Source: Gemmatimonadales bacterium (GTDB lineage Bacteria; Gemmatimonadota; Gemmatimonadetes; Gemmatimonadales; GWC2-71-9). From it: a stretch of 14,411 bases of DNA. Position 1 is the stretch's first letter. Every line of letters begins with the position of its first letter. The DNA lies in the NCBI GenBank assembly GCA_041577295.1, contig JBFGJG010000073.1, positions 1-14,411 on the forward strand, in the 5' to 3' direction. The translations under genes and the position numbers were made by a program. A model generated the notes under the pieces. It had not been told where the DNA came from. It saw only the letters and a list, made by a program, of their open reading frames with translations, and searched no databases. Positions 6,729 to 14,411 of the stretch are shown piece after piece.

Positions 6729-9700
6729 ATGCGATCGATCACGGACACATTCATCAAGCACCCGGTCCTCGCGGTGGTGGTCAACCTCGTCATCGTGCTG
6801 GTGGGATGGCGGGCGCTGACGAGTCTGGCGGTGCAGCAGTACCCACAGATCGAGAGTTCCTCGATCGTGATTACCACGGTGTACTACGGTGCCAGCGCCG
6901 AGACGGTGCGAGGGTTTCTCACCACGCCCATCGAGCGAGCGGTATCGTCGATCGGTGGTGTTGATCACATCGAATCGACGAGCCGTGCGGGTGTCAGCAG
7001 CGTCACGGTACGCCTCAAGCTGAACCACAGTAGCACGGCCGCGCTTGCAGAGGTGACCGCGCGGCTGCAACAGGTGCGCTCGGAGCTTCCCCCAGATGCG
7101 GAGCCACCGGCGGTCGAAGTGCAGCGGGCGGACCGGCCGTACGCGACGTTCTACCTGAGCTTCACCTCGACCGAGCGTGAGGGGCCGGCGATCACCGACT
7201 GGCTCGTGCGCTCGGTGCAGCCACAGCTGGCGACGTTGCAAGGAGTGCAGCGGGTCTCGATCGAGGGGGGCCGTCAGCTCGCGATGCGGGTGTGGATCGA
7301 GCCGGATCGTCTCGCGGCGTACAACCTGTCGCCCGGCGACGTGCACGCGGCACTGCAACGCAACAACTATCTGGCGGCGGTAGGCCAAACCAAGGGCGAC
7401 CTGGTCCAGATCAATCTGCTGGCGAACACGGATCTCCGGACTGAGCAGGAGTTCGCGGACCTCGTCGTGACGGAGCGCAACGGCGCGATCGTCCGGTTGA
7501 GCGACGTGGCGCGCGTCGAGCTTGGCGCCGAAGAGGCAGACTTCGTCGCGAAGTACAATCACGACGAAAGCGTCTATCTGGGAGTCTGGCCGCTAGTTGG
7601 CACTAATGAGATCGAAGTTGCGCACCGTTTATACGCGGAAATGGAGCGGATGCGGCCAACGCTCCCGCCGGATATCGACATGCAGATGGCGTACGATGGC
7701 ACCGTCTTCATGCAGGATGCGCTGAAGGAGATCACGAAGACGCTGATCGAGACGATGCTCATCGTCGCGCTCGTCGTGTTTCTCTTCCTCGGTTCGGTGC
7801 GAACGGCCATCGTGCCCCTCATTGCGATGCCGGTGTCCCTGATCGGCGCGGCCATTGTCATGCTTGCGCTCGGCTTCAGCCTCAACCTGCTGACGATCCT
7901 GGCCATCGTGCTCTCGGTCGGCCTCGTGGTGGACGATGCCATCGTCGTGGTCGAAAACATCGAACGCCACGTGCGCCTTGGAAAATCCCGTGTCGAAGCG
8001 GCGCTCGTTGGCGCGCGCGAGCTGATTGGGCCGATCATTGCGATGACGGTGACGCTCGCGGCGGTGTACACCCCCATTGCCTTTCAAGGCGGGCTCACCG
8101 GGTCGCTCTTCTTGGAGTTCGCGATCACCCTGGCCGCCGCGGTCGTGGTGTCCGGCATTGTCGCCATCACCTTGTCGCCCGTGATGAGCTCGCGGTTCCT
8201 TCACCCACACGGCAAGCAGGGCAGGCTGACGGTCGTGGTGAACCGCGGGTTCGAGGTCGTCCGCCGCCGCTACGCGGCAATGCTCGACGGGGCGCTCGAG
8301 ATGCGCTGGGCGATCGTTGCGGCCGCGTTGCTGGTGACCCTCGCGGCGTGGCCGCTGTATCGGCAGTCGCGCAAAGAGCTGGCCCCCGTCGAGGACCAGA
8401 GCCACATCTTCTTGTTCATGGAAGCGTCGCCGGACGCGTCGCTTGCGGCGGTCGACCGTGCTTCTCGCCAGGTGGTCGATGCCATTACGACGTTCCCAGA
8501 GGCCAGGTTCATGTGGTCCCTATCGGCGTCGTGGGGCGGCTTTGGTGGTCTGGTGGCGAAGAACTGGCACGAGCGGAGTCGGTCCACGGAGGAGATGTAC
8601 GGCGAAGTGTACGGCGCGGTCTCCCAAGTGCCGGCGCTTCGCGTGTTCCCGCGGCTCGACCCGCCGTTGCCCACGCCAGGTCTGTACGACGTGGAGCTCA
8701 TCCTGCAGTCCGACGCGCCGCCCGAGCAAATGCTCGAGACGGTTGGCGCGGTGCTGGCCGCTGGATGGCAGAGCGGGAAGTTCCTCTACGTCGATACCGA
8801 CCTCAAGATCGATTTGCCGGAGGCGCGCGTGGTGCTCGACCGTGAGCGGATCGCGGACCTCGGGCTCGATCTGGCAAGCGTTGGTCGTGAGCTCGGCACC
8901 TTACTGGGTGGCGGGTATGTGAATCGTTTCAATTACTACGACCGCAGTTACAAGGTCATCCCGCAGCTCGGTTCGGAAGACCGTGCTACCGTGGGACCAC
9001 TGCTCGATCTCAAAATCAAGACACCCAGCGGCGATCTGGTACCGGTGTCGACGTTCACGCGCATCGAGACGAGCACGGCACCACGCACGCTCAACCGCTT
9101 TCAGCAGCGTAATGCGGTGCGGGTCTTCGGCGGTGTTCAGCCGGGCGTGACCAAAGAGGAAGGCCTTCGTGTCCTCGAGGAGGCCGCAGTTGCCGTAGCA
9201 GGCCCCGGTGTGGTGCTCGACTACGCTGGTGAGTCGAGGCAGATCCGTCTCGAGGGTAGTGCGCTGACCGCCACGCTCGGCTTTGCGCTGGTACTCATCT
9301 ATCTGGTGCTCTCGGCCCAGTTCAAGAGCTTCCGAGACCCGTTGATCGTCCTGCTGGGCTCGGTCCCACTCGCCATATCGGGCGCGCTGGTTTTCAGCTT
9401 TGTCGATTTGACGACCATCAACATCTATTCGCAGGTCGGCCTCATCACGTTAGTGGGCTTGATCGCGAAGAACGGTATTCTGATCGTGGAGTTCGCAAAC
9501 ACATTGCAGGAGCGGGGTCTGGCCAAACTCGAAGCGCTGCGCGAGGCATCGCTCACGCGGCTTCGGCCCGTTCTCATGACATCGGCGGCCACGGTGTTTG
9601 GCCATATGCCGCTGGTCTTCGTCACCGGGCCGGGTTCTGAAGCCCGCAACAGCATCGGTACCGTGCTGGTGTCCGGCATGATCGTCGGTACCCTGTTCAC

Positions 9701-9818
9701 GATGTTCATCGTCCCGGTGTTCTACTCGCTCATCGCTGCCGAGCGCCGGCCGGTTGGTGAGCGTGAGACATCCACTGTCGAGGCGAGCGTCCCCACGCTC
9801 GAACCAGCCCATGCGTAG
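6729..9818 (+). CDS. RND efflux permease (AcrB/AcrD/AcrF family, MexI/MexW-like), 1029 aa
   Basis: FIKHPVLAVVVNLVI...QQYPQIE, GLVVDDAIVVVENI (proton-relay Asp pair), VAITLSPVM, GLIAKNGILIVEFAN (Lys), RLRPVLMT (Arg/Thr), GTLFTMFIVPVFY. Confidence 0.97.
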   Translation: MRSITDTFIKHPVLAVVVNLVIVLVGWRALTSLAVQQYPQIESSSIVITTVYYGASAETVRGFLTTPIERAVSSIGGVDHIESTSRAGVSSVTVRLKLNHSSTAALAEVTARLQQVRSELPPDAEPPAVEVQRADRPYATFYLSFTSTEREGPAITDWLVRSVQPQLATLQGVQRVSIEGGRQLAMRVWIEPDRLAAYNLSPGDVHAALQRNNYLAAVGQTKGDLVQINLLANTDLRTEQEFADLVVTERNGAIVRLSDVARVELGAEEADFVAKYNHDESVYLGVWPLVGTNEIEVAHRLYAEMERMRPTLPPDIDMQMAYDGTVFMQDALKEITKTLIETMLIVALVVFLFLGSVRTAIVPLIAMPVSLIGAAIVMLALGFSLNLLTILAIVLSVGLVVDDAIVVVENIERHVRLGKSRVEAALVGARELIGPIIAMTVTLAAVYTPIAFQGGLTGSLFLEFAITLAAAVVVSGIVAITLSPVMSSRFLHPHGKQGRLTVVVNRGFEVVRRRYAAMLDGALEMRWAIVAAALLVTLAAWPLYRQSRKELAPVEDQSHIFLFMEASPDASLAAVDRASRQVVDAITTFPEARFMWSLSASWGGFGGLVAKNWHERSRSTEEMYGEVYGAVSQVPALRVFPRLDPPLPTPGLYDVELILQSDAPPEQMLETVGAVLAAGWQSGKFLYVDTDLKIDLPEARVVLDRERIADLGLDLASVGRELGTLLGGGYVNRFNYYDRSYKVIPQLGSEDRATVGPLLDLKIKTPSGDLVPVSTFTRIETSTAPRTLNRFQQRNAVRVFGGVQPGVTKEEGLRVLEEAAVAVAGPGVVLDYAGESRQIRLEGSALTATLGFALVLIYLVLSAQFKSFRDPLIVLLGSVPLAISGALVFSFVDLTTINIYSQVGLITLVGLIAKNGILIVEFANTLQERGLAKLEALREASLTRLRPVLMTSAATVFGHMPLVFVTGPGSEARNSIGTVLVSGMIVGTLFTMFIVPVFYSLIAAERRPVGERETSTVEASVPTLEPAHA

Positions 9819-11151
9819 CCCGATACGACTGGTCCTGTTGCTGGGGTTGCTTGCTCCAGCAGCCCACGCGCAGTTGCCAGAAAGGCCTGTGGCGCCGGAT
9901 CTCTCGTTCTGGCATGCGCTGAGTGACACGACGCTGGAGCGACTGATCCTCGAGGCGCTGAACGCAAACCACGACCTCCGCGCCGTGGAAGCTCGGCTTC
10001 AGGAGTCGCGGTCGGTGCGAGCGCAGTCCGCACTGGATCTGGTGCCGCGTGTGACCGCCGTGGGTGGTTACAGCCGCCAGCGTTTGTCAGGCGCAACGTT
10101 TCCCGGGCTGTCTGGTCGGCTCCCGGATCAAAACGTGTGGGACGCAGGCGTGCAGATGTCGTGGGAGCTGGATGTGTTTGGCAGGTTGCGCCGATCGCTG
10201 CAGGGGCAAGGGGCGTTGATTGCCTCGGCTGAACACGATGTGCGCGACGTCGAAGTGATCCTTACGGCGGAAGTTGCGAGCGCGTACTTCGATCTGCGTG
10301 GCATGCGAGACCGTCTTGCGGTCGCAAGACGCAACGCAGAGAACCAGCGCCGGACACTGGCAGTCACGCTGGATCGGCTCGAGGCGGGGAGCGGTACGGC
10401 GCTCGACAGCGAGCGTGCGCAGGCGCAGCTGAGCTCCACGCTCGCAGTGATTCCTTTGCTCGAGGCAGAAGTCGCGGCAGCCCAATACAGCATCGGGGTG
10501 CTCCTGGGCCGGCCGCCGGCGTCGGTCGTGGAAGAGCTGAGTTGCGAGCCAGGCCCGGCCGCGCTGCCACCGCCGCTTTCGATAGACAATCTCGAAGTGC
10601 TGGTACGCAACCGGCCGGATGTACTTAGCGCGGAGCGACAACACGCGGCACGCAGCGCGTTCGCCGGTGCGGCGAGGGCCGAGTATCTGCCTCGCGTGGC
10701 AATCGGTGCGGTTGCCGGTTATTCGGCGAGCGCGTTCGACGCGATTGGCAGCTCCGGCACGGCCCGATACGCGATTGGACCGGTGGTATCGTGGCCTCTG
10801 TTCGATCTCGGGCGGGTCAAGGCCAACGCGGATGCGGCACGGGCGAGCGAGGCGGAAGCCGCCGCGCGGTATGAACAAACGGTGCTCCGTGCGCTCCAGG
10901 AAGCGGAGACGGCGCTCACGACCTATCATCGAGCCCGCGAGCGCGTGCAGCATCTCGAGGATGCGGCGGCCGCCAGCGAGCGCGCGACGGAGTTGGCCCG
11001 ACTGCGCTTCGAGGAGGGCGGTACAGACTTCCTGGAGGTTTTGGACACCGAGCGCCGCCAACTCGAGACGCAAGATCAGCTGGCTGTTGGCCGCACGGAG
11101 GCAGCGGCGTGGCTGGTGGCGGTGTATCGTGCGTTGGGGGGGAAACGATAA
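9811..11151 (+). CDS. Outer membrane efflux factor (TolC/OprM/NodT family), 446 aa
   Basis: ATG 9811 overlaps the RND stop (ATGCGTAG). Signal peptide MRSPIRLVLLLGLLAPAAHA|Q, then FWHALSDTTLERLILEALNANHDL, SWELDVFGRLRR, RPDVLSAE, ARAEYLPRV, SWPLFDLGR, FLEVLD, VYRALGG. Confidence 0.95.
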   Translation: MRSPIRLVLLLGLLAPAAHAQLPERPVAPDLSFWHALSDTTLERLILEALNANHDLRAVEARLQESRSVRAQSALDLVPRVTAVGGYSRQRLSGATFPGLSGRLPDQNVWDAGVQMSWELDVFGRLRRSLQGQGALIASAEHDVRDVEVILTAEVASAYFDLRGMRDRLAVARRNAENQRRTLAVTLDRLEAGSGTALDSERAQAQLSSTLAVIPLLEAEVAAAQYSIGVLLGRPPASVVEELSCEPGPAALPPPLSIDNLEVLVRNRPDVLSAERQHAARSAFAGAARAEYLPRVAIGAVAGYSASAFDAIGSSGTARYAIGPVVSWPLFDLGRVKANADAARASEAEAAARYEQTVLRALQEAETALTTYHRARERVQHLEDAAAASERATELARLRFEEGGTDFLEVLDTERRQLETQDQLAVGRTEAAAWLVAVYRALGGKR

Positions 11152-11386
11152 GCGGGTCGAGCGTAGCACGGTCGGACGGCAACACGGAGGGATGACGGCG
11201 CGAGCACGTTCAGGTGCGCGGTTGTGTCACACGGGTCGTCGATGCGTTCGGGGGATTGGCTGAGTTTGGATCGAGCCTCGTGCGCCGGCGTTTCTCAGAG
11301 TTGTGTGGAAACGATAGGTGCAACTGGTTTGAACCTAACGAGTTCCTTGTTCCTTCGTCAGCAGACCGCGTTGTTATAGGCAACAC

Positions 11387-11431
11387 CAGCGGTGCGACGC
11401 TGCAACATTCTTGATTGGTGTTGCACCGCTG
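11387..11431 (+). repeat. Long intergenic inverted repeat (16-bp stem including G-U pairs)
   Basis: CAGCGGTGCGACGCTG (11387-11402) pairs with TGGTGTTGCACCGCTG (11416-11431) by 12 Watson-Crick and 4 G-U pairs around a 13-nt loop. Confidence 0.55.
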
Positions 11432-11528
11432 CACCGGTTGCCACTTCCATCAGCTGCACACAGTTTGGCTAGCCCTTACAAGACATTCTACACAAGCGAC
11501 GATCGTGGTAACTACCCGTATCCGTTGT

Positions 11529-14411
11529 TTGTGGAGTCACAACAGTCGAGATGTAACGTACCGTAGGCGGAGTCGTTGGACCGTCCTACTGTGCTTTGCA
11601 GTACCAGTCATTTCGTGTCACTCCGATCGAGTATTTGAACCGCGCAGTGACCCCCCCCCATCCGGTTACGACTCACTCGATCCGGCCCCGGCATCTGCTT
11701 CCGCGTTGCCGGTCTTTCCCGGCGCGCAAGGCTTTGGTTCGACCACGCCTGCCGGCCGTGGCGGGGCCGTCTATCGGGTGACGAATCTCGCTGACGGCGG
11801 CGCAGGTTCGTTTCGCGCGGCGCTGGAAGCTGGTGGTCCGAGGGTTGTGATCTTCGAGGTGTCGGGGACGATCGTGTTGTCCAGCAACTTGGAGATCGAG
11901 GACCCGTACGTGACGGTCGCCGGACAGACCGCGCCGTCGCCTGGCATCACGCTGCGCGGCGCGGCCTTGCTCATCAATACGCACGACGTGCTCGTGCAAC
12001 ATCTCCGCATACGCGTCGGGGACGATCCATCCGGACCCTCTCCCAACAATCGCGACGGTCTGGGGGTCTACGGCGACTCGGTCTACAACGTCGTGGTCGA
12101 TCATCTCTCCGTGAGCTGGGGCATCGACGAGAATGCGAGCAGCTCGACCTTCGGGATGCGTCGCGACATCACGATCAGCAACTCGATTATCGGTGAGGCA
12201 CTGAGTCAATCGCTGCATTCCGACGGAGAGCACTCCAAAGGACTGCTCCTGGGGCAGGGCACCCAGGACTTCGCGGTGATCGGATCGCTACTGCTGCACA
12301 ATCGCGACCGCAATCCGTATCAGAAGGGGAATACGCGGGTCCTGGTCGTCAACAACGTGATCTACAACTGGGGAGGAAAGAGGGCACACCGCCTCGATGG
12401 CCGAGGCGCGACGGGGCCAACCCTCGCGACCATCATCGGCAACGTGTTCTTGCGTGGTGTCGACACCCAAAGTGGACGACCGATGAAGATTTCCTCTGAT
12501 GTACAGTCCGGCTCCGGGATCTTCGTCTCCGATAACAGCGAAAACCGGGTCGTCCCGCTGGATCCCTGGGAGCTCGTGAACAACGATGTTGACAGCACGG
12601 TGGTTCTCTCCTCAGCGCCAGTCTGGACGGACATCGTGGTTCGACCAGTTGCCGAGGTCGAGGCATCGGTGCTTGGCAGTGCTGGCGCGCGTCCCGCCGA
12701 CCGTGATGCGGTCGACCAACGGCTGGTCCAGGACGTGAGCGCTGGTACGGGTCAGATCATTAATAGTCCGAGTGAGGTGGGTGGATGGCCAGTGTTAGCG
12801 GAAAATGTTCGCCCGCTCACCCTTCCCGCGAACCCCAATGGGGATGACGACGCCGATGGCTACACGAACCTCGAAGAGTGGCTTCACGAGTGGGCACGCT
12901 TCGTAGAAGGAACGACGCAGCAGCCACCCAATCTGATTCCGACGGCGGGCTTTGGTCCCGGCTGTACGGATCTCAGCTGCACGTTCACGGATCAGAGCAC
13001 CGACACCGATGGGACCATAGCGAGCTGGAGCTGGGACTTTGGGGATGGGAACACGTCGGCCGTCCAGAATCCGGATCACACGTATGCTGCGGAAGGCACC
13101 TACGTCGTGAGTCTTACCGTCGCCGACGATGACGGCGCAATCAATACAGCGTTCCAGAACGTCACGGTTCCGCCGAACCAGGCTCCCACCGCCGCATTTA
13201 GTTCTAGCTGCTCGGATCTCACGTGCACGTTCACCGATCAGAGCGGTGACGCGGACGGGACGATCGCGAGTTGGAGTTGGGCCTTCGGCGATGGCAACGG
13301 CTCGACCGCTCAAAGCCCGAACCACACCTATTTGGCTGGAGGGACGTACACGGTGAGCTTGACCGTGACGGACGACGATGGGGACTCGAACACGACCAGC
13401 CAGGACGTGACGGTCACGCCACTAAACCAGGCCCCCACGGCTGACTTCACCTCGAGCTGCTCGGATCTCACGTGCACGTTTACCGATCAGAGCACCGACG
13501 CGGATGGGACGGTGACCACTTGGAGTTGGGATTTTGGCGATGCGAATACCGCGATGGCGCAAAGTCCCACACACACCTATGCGGCCGGTGGGACGTATAC
13601 GGTGAGCTTAACTGTCACGGATGATGATGGGGCCACCAATACGACGAGCCAAGACCTGACCGCGCCGCCGAATCAGGCACCGACGGCAGATTTCAATCCC
13701 AGCTGTACGGATCTCATCTGCACGTTCACGGATCAGAGCACGGATTCGGACGGCACGGTGACCGCGTGGAGCTGGGATTTTGGGGACGGGAATACCTCGG
13801 CGGTGCAGAGCCCGACCCACACGTACGCAGCCGGTGGCACCTACACGGTGAGTCTCACCGTGACCGATGATGATGGCGCGACCAATACCACGAGCCAGGA
13901 CATGACGGTCACGCCTGGCAACCAACCGCCGACCGCCGCGTTTGATCCCAGCTGTACGGATCTCACCTGCACGTTCACCGATCAGAGCACGGATTCGGAC
14001 GGCACTATCGCCAGTTGGAGCTGGGACTTTGGCGATGGCAACACTTCGACCGTCCAGAGCCCAACGCACACGTATGCCGCGGGTGGGACGTATACGGTCA
14101 CGCTGACCGTCACGGATGATGATGGGGCAACAAACACGACGAGCCAGGATGTGATGGTCACCGCGCCCAACCAACCGCCGACCGCCGCGTTCAGTCCCAG
14201 CTGTACGGATCTCACCTGCACGTTCACCGATCAGAGCACGGATTCGGATGGCACGATCGCGAGCTGGGATTGGGACTTCGGCGATGGCAACACGTCGACC
14301 GTCCAGAGCCCAACGCACACGTATGCCGCGGGTGGGACGTATACGGTCACGCTGACCGTCACGGATGATGATGGGGCAACAAACACGACGAGCCAGGATG
14401 TGATGGTCACC
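11529..14411 (+). CDS. Probable lipoprotein: PL1 pectate-lyase-like beta-helix domain followed by at least 6 PKD domains; 3' end beyond the window edge
   Basis: Frame open from 11415 to the window end. Signal-like segment YRRRSRWTVLLCFAVPVIS|C (Cys at 11616), then ALPVFPGAQGFGSTTPAGRGGAVYRVTNLADGGAGSFRAA, GPRVVIFEVSGTI, TVAGQTAPSPGI, NVVVDHLSVSWGIDE, HSKGLL, HNRDRNP, VNNVIYNWG, GGWPVL, DDDADGYTNLEEWL, then PKD repeats. Start codon uncertain (TTG 11529 or GTG 11505; no in-frame ATG). Confidence 0.88.
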   Translation, partial: MWSHNSRDVTYRRRSRWTVLLCFAVPVISCHSDRVFEPRSDPPPSGYDSLDPAPASASALPVFPGAQGFGSTTPAGRGGAVYRVTNLADGGAGSFRAALEAGGPRVVIFEVSGTIVLSSNLEIEDPYVTVAGQTAPSPGITLRGAALLINTHDVLVQHLRIRVGDDPSGPSPNNRDGLGVYGDSVYNVVVDHLSVSWGIDENASSSTFGMRRDITISNSIIGEALSQSLHSDGEHSKGLLLGQGTQDFAVIGSLLLHNRDRNPYQKGNTRVLVVNNVIYNWGGKRAHRLDGRGATGPTLATIIGNVFLRGVDTQSGRPMKISSDVQSGSGIFVSDNSENRVVPLDPWELVNNDVDSTVVLSSAPVWTDIVVRPVAEVEASVLGSAGARPADRDAVDQRLVQDVSAGTGQIINSPSEVGGWPVLAENVRPLTLPANPNGDDDADGYTNLEEWLHEWARFVEGTTQQPPNLIPTAGFGPGCTDLSCTFTDQSTDTDGTIASWSWDFGDGNTSAVQNPDHTYAAEGTYVVSLTVADDDGAINTAFQNVTVPPNQAPTAAFSSSCSDLTCTFTDQSGDADGTIASWSWAFGDGNGSTAQSPNHTYLAGGTYTVSLTVTDDDGDSNTTSQDVTVTPLNQAPTADFTSSCSDLTCTFTDQSTDADGTVTTWSWDFGDANTAMAQSPTHTYAAGGTYTVSLTVTDDDGATNTTSQDLTAPPNQAPTADFNPSCTDLICTFTDQSTDSDGTVTAWSWDFGDGNTSAVQSPTHTYAAGGTYTVSLTVTDDDGATNTTSQDMTVTPGNQPPTAAFDPSCTDLTCTFTDQSTDSDGTIASWSWDFGDGNTSTVQSPTHTYAAGGTYTVTLTVTDDDGATNTTSQDVMVTAPNQPPTAAFSPSCTDLTCTFTDQSTDSDGTIASWDWDFGDGNTSTVQSPTHTYAAGGTYTVTLTVTDDDGATNTTSQDVMVT
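11651..11659 (+). repeat. C9 homopolymer tract in the 5' part of the lyase-PKD gene
   Basis: GTGA-CCCCCCCCC-ATCC, encoding D-P-P-P in the linker between lipobox and catalytic domain. Confidence 0.8.
12930..14411 (+). repeat. Six tandem in-frame PKD-domain repeats (246/249 bp units)
   Basis: Units start at 12930, 13176, 13425, 13671, 13920 and 14169. Consensus NQxPTAxFxxSCTDLTCTFTDQSTDxDGTIASWSWDFGDGNTSxxQSPTHTYAAGGTYTVSLTVTDDDGATNTTSQDVTV, including the PKD signature WDFGDG. Confidence 0.96.

Noticed and set aside
9754..9810. Longer start for the outer membrane factor
   Set aside because: It buries the signal peptide; ATG 9811 gives a clean signal and the usual coupling with the RND stop.
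5244..11169. Long minus-strand ORFs (5244..6368, 5581..6693, 6690..7562, 7629..8405, 10087..11169)
   Set aside because: Antisense shadows of the RND operon with Arg/Ala-rich sequence and no domains.
11214..11434. Small ORFs 11214..11414 (+) and 11210..11434 (-)
   Set aside because: Short, no recognisable motif or clear RBS, and located in a structured intergenic region.
11464..11482. Sigma54-like TGGC...TTAC upstream of the lyase gene
   Set aside because: It lacks the required GG-N10-GC spacing and the -12 GC.
12930..14411. Regular repeats considered as a CRISPR array or mobile element
   Set aside because: Units are 246/249 bp, in frame, encode PKD domains and have no unique spacers; no cas or transposase genes are present.

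Overview
High-GC bacterial window; the ADOP-type permease and Cys-containing PKD repeats suggest a Gemmatimonadota/Acidobacteriota-like host (inference). In order: (1) a minus-strand duplicated MacB/FtsX-type (ADOP-like) ABC permease that runs off the left edge and is missed by the ORF track; (2) soxR, divergent from an SDR oxidoreductase plus a diverged QueA-like gene, with a clear SoxR box inside a 19-bp-spacer MerR-type promoter; (3) an ArsR/SmtB regulator with a perfect 8-2-8 palindrome at its start, followed by a tripartite RND efflux operon (adaptor, MexI/MexW-like permease, outer membrane factor); (4) a structured intergenic region; (5) a large probable lipoprotein with a PL1 pectate-lyase-like domain and at least six tandem PKD domains that runs off the right edge, also missed by the ORF track. 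The most interesting element is the SoxR-controlled SDR + QueA-paralog module beside a MexHI-OpmD-like pump, a candidate detoxification island for redox-active compounds in which a tRNA-modification enzyme fold may have been repurposed. Family calls come from motif recognition only; no searches were run.
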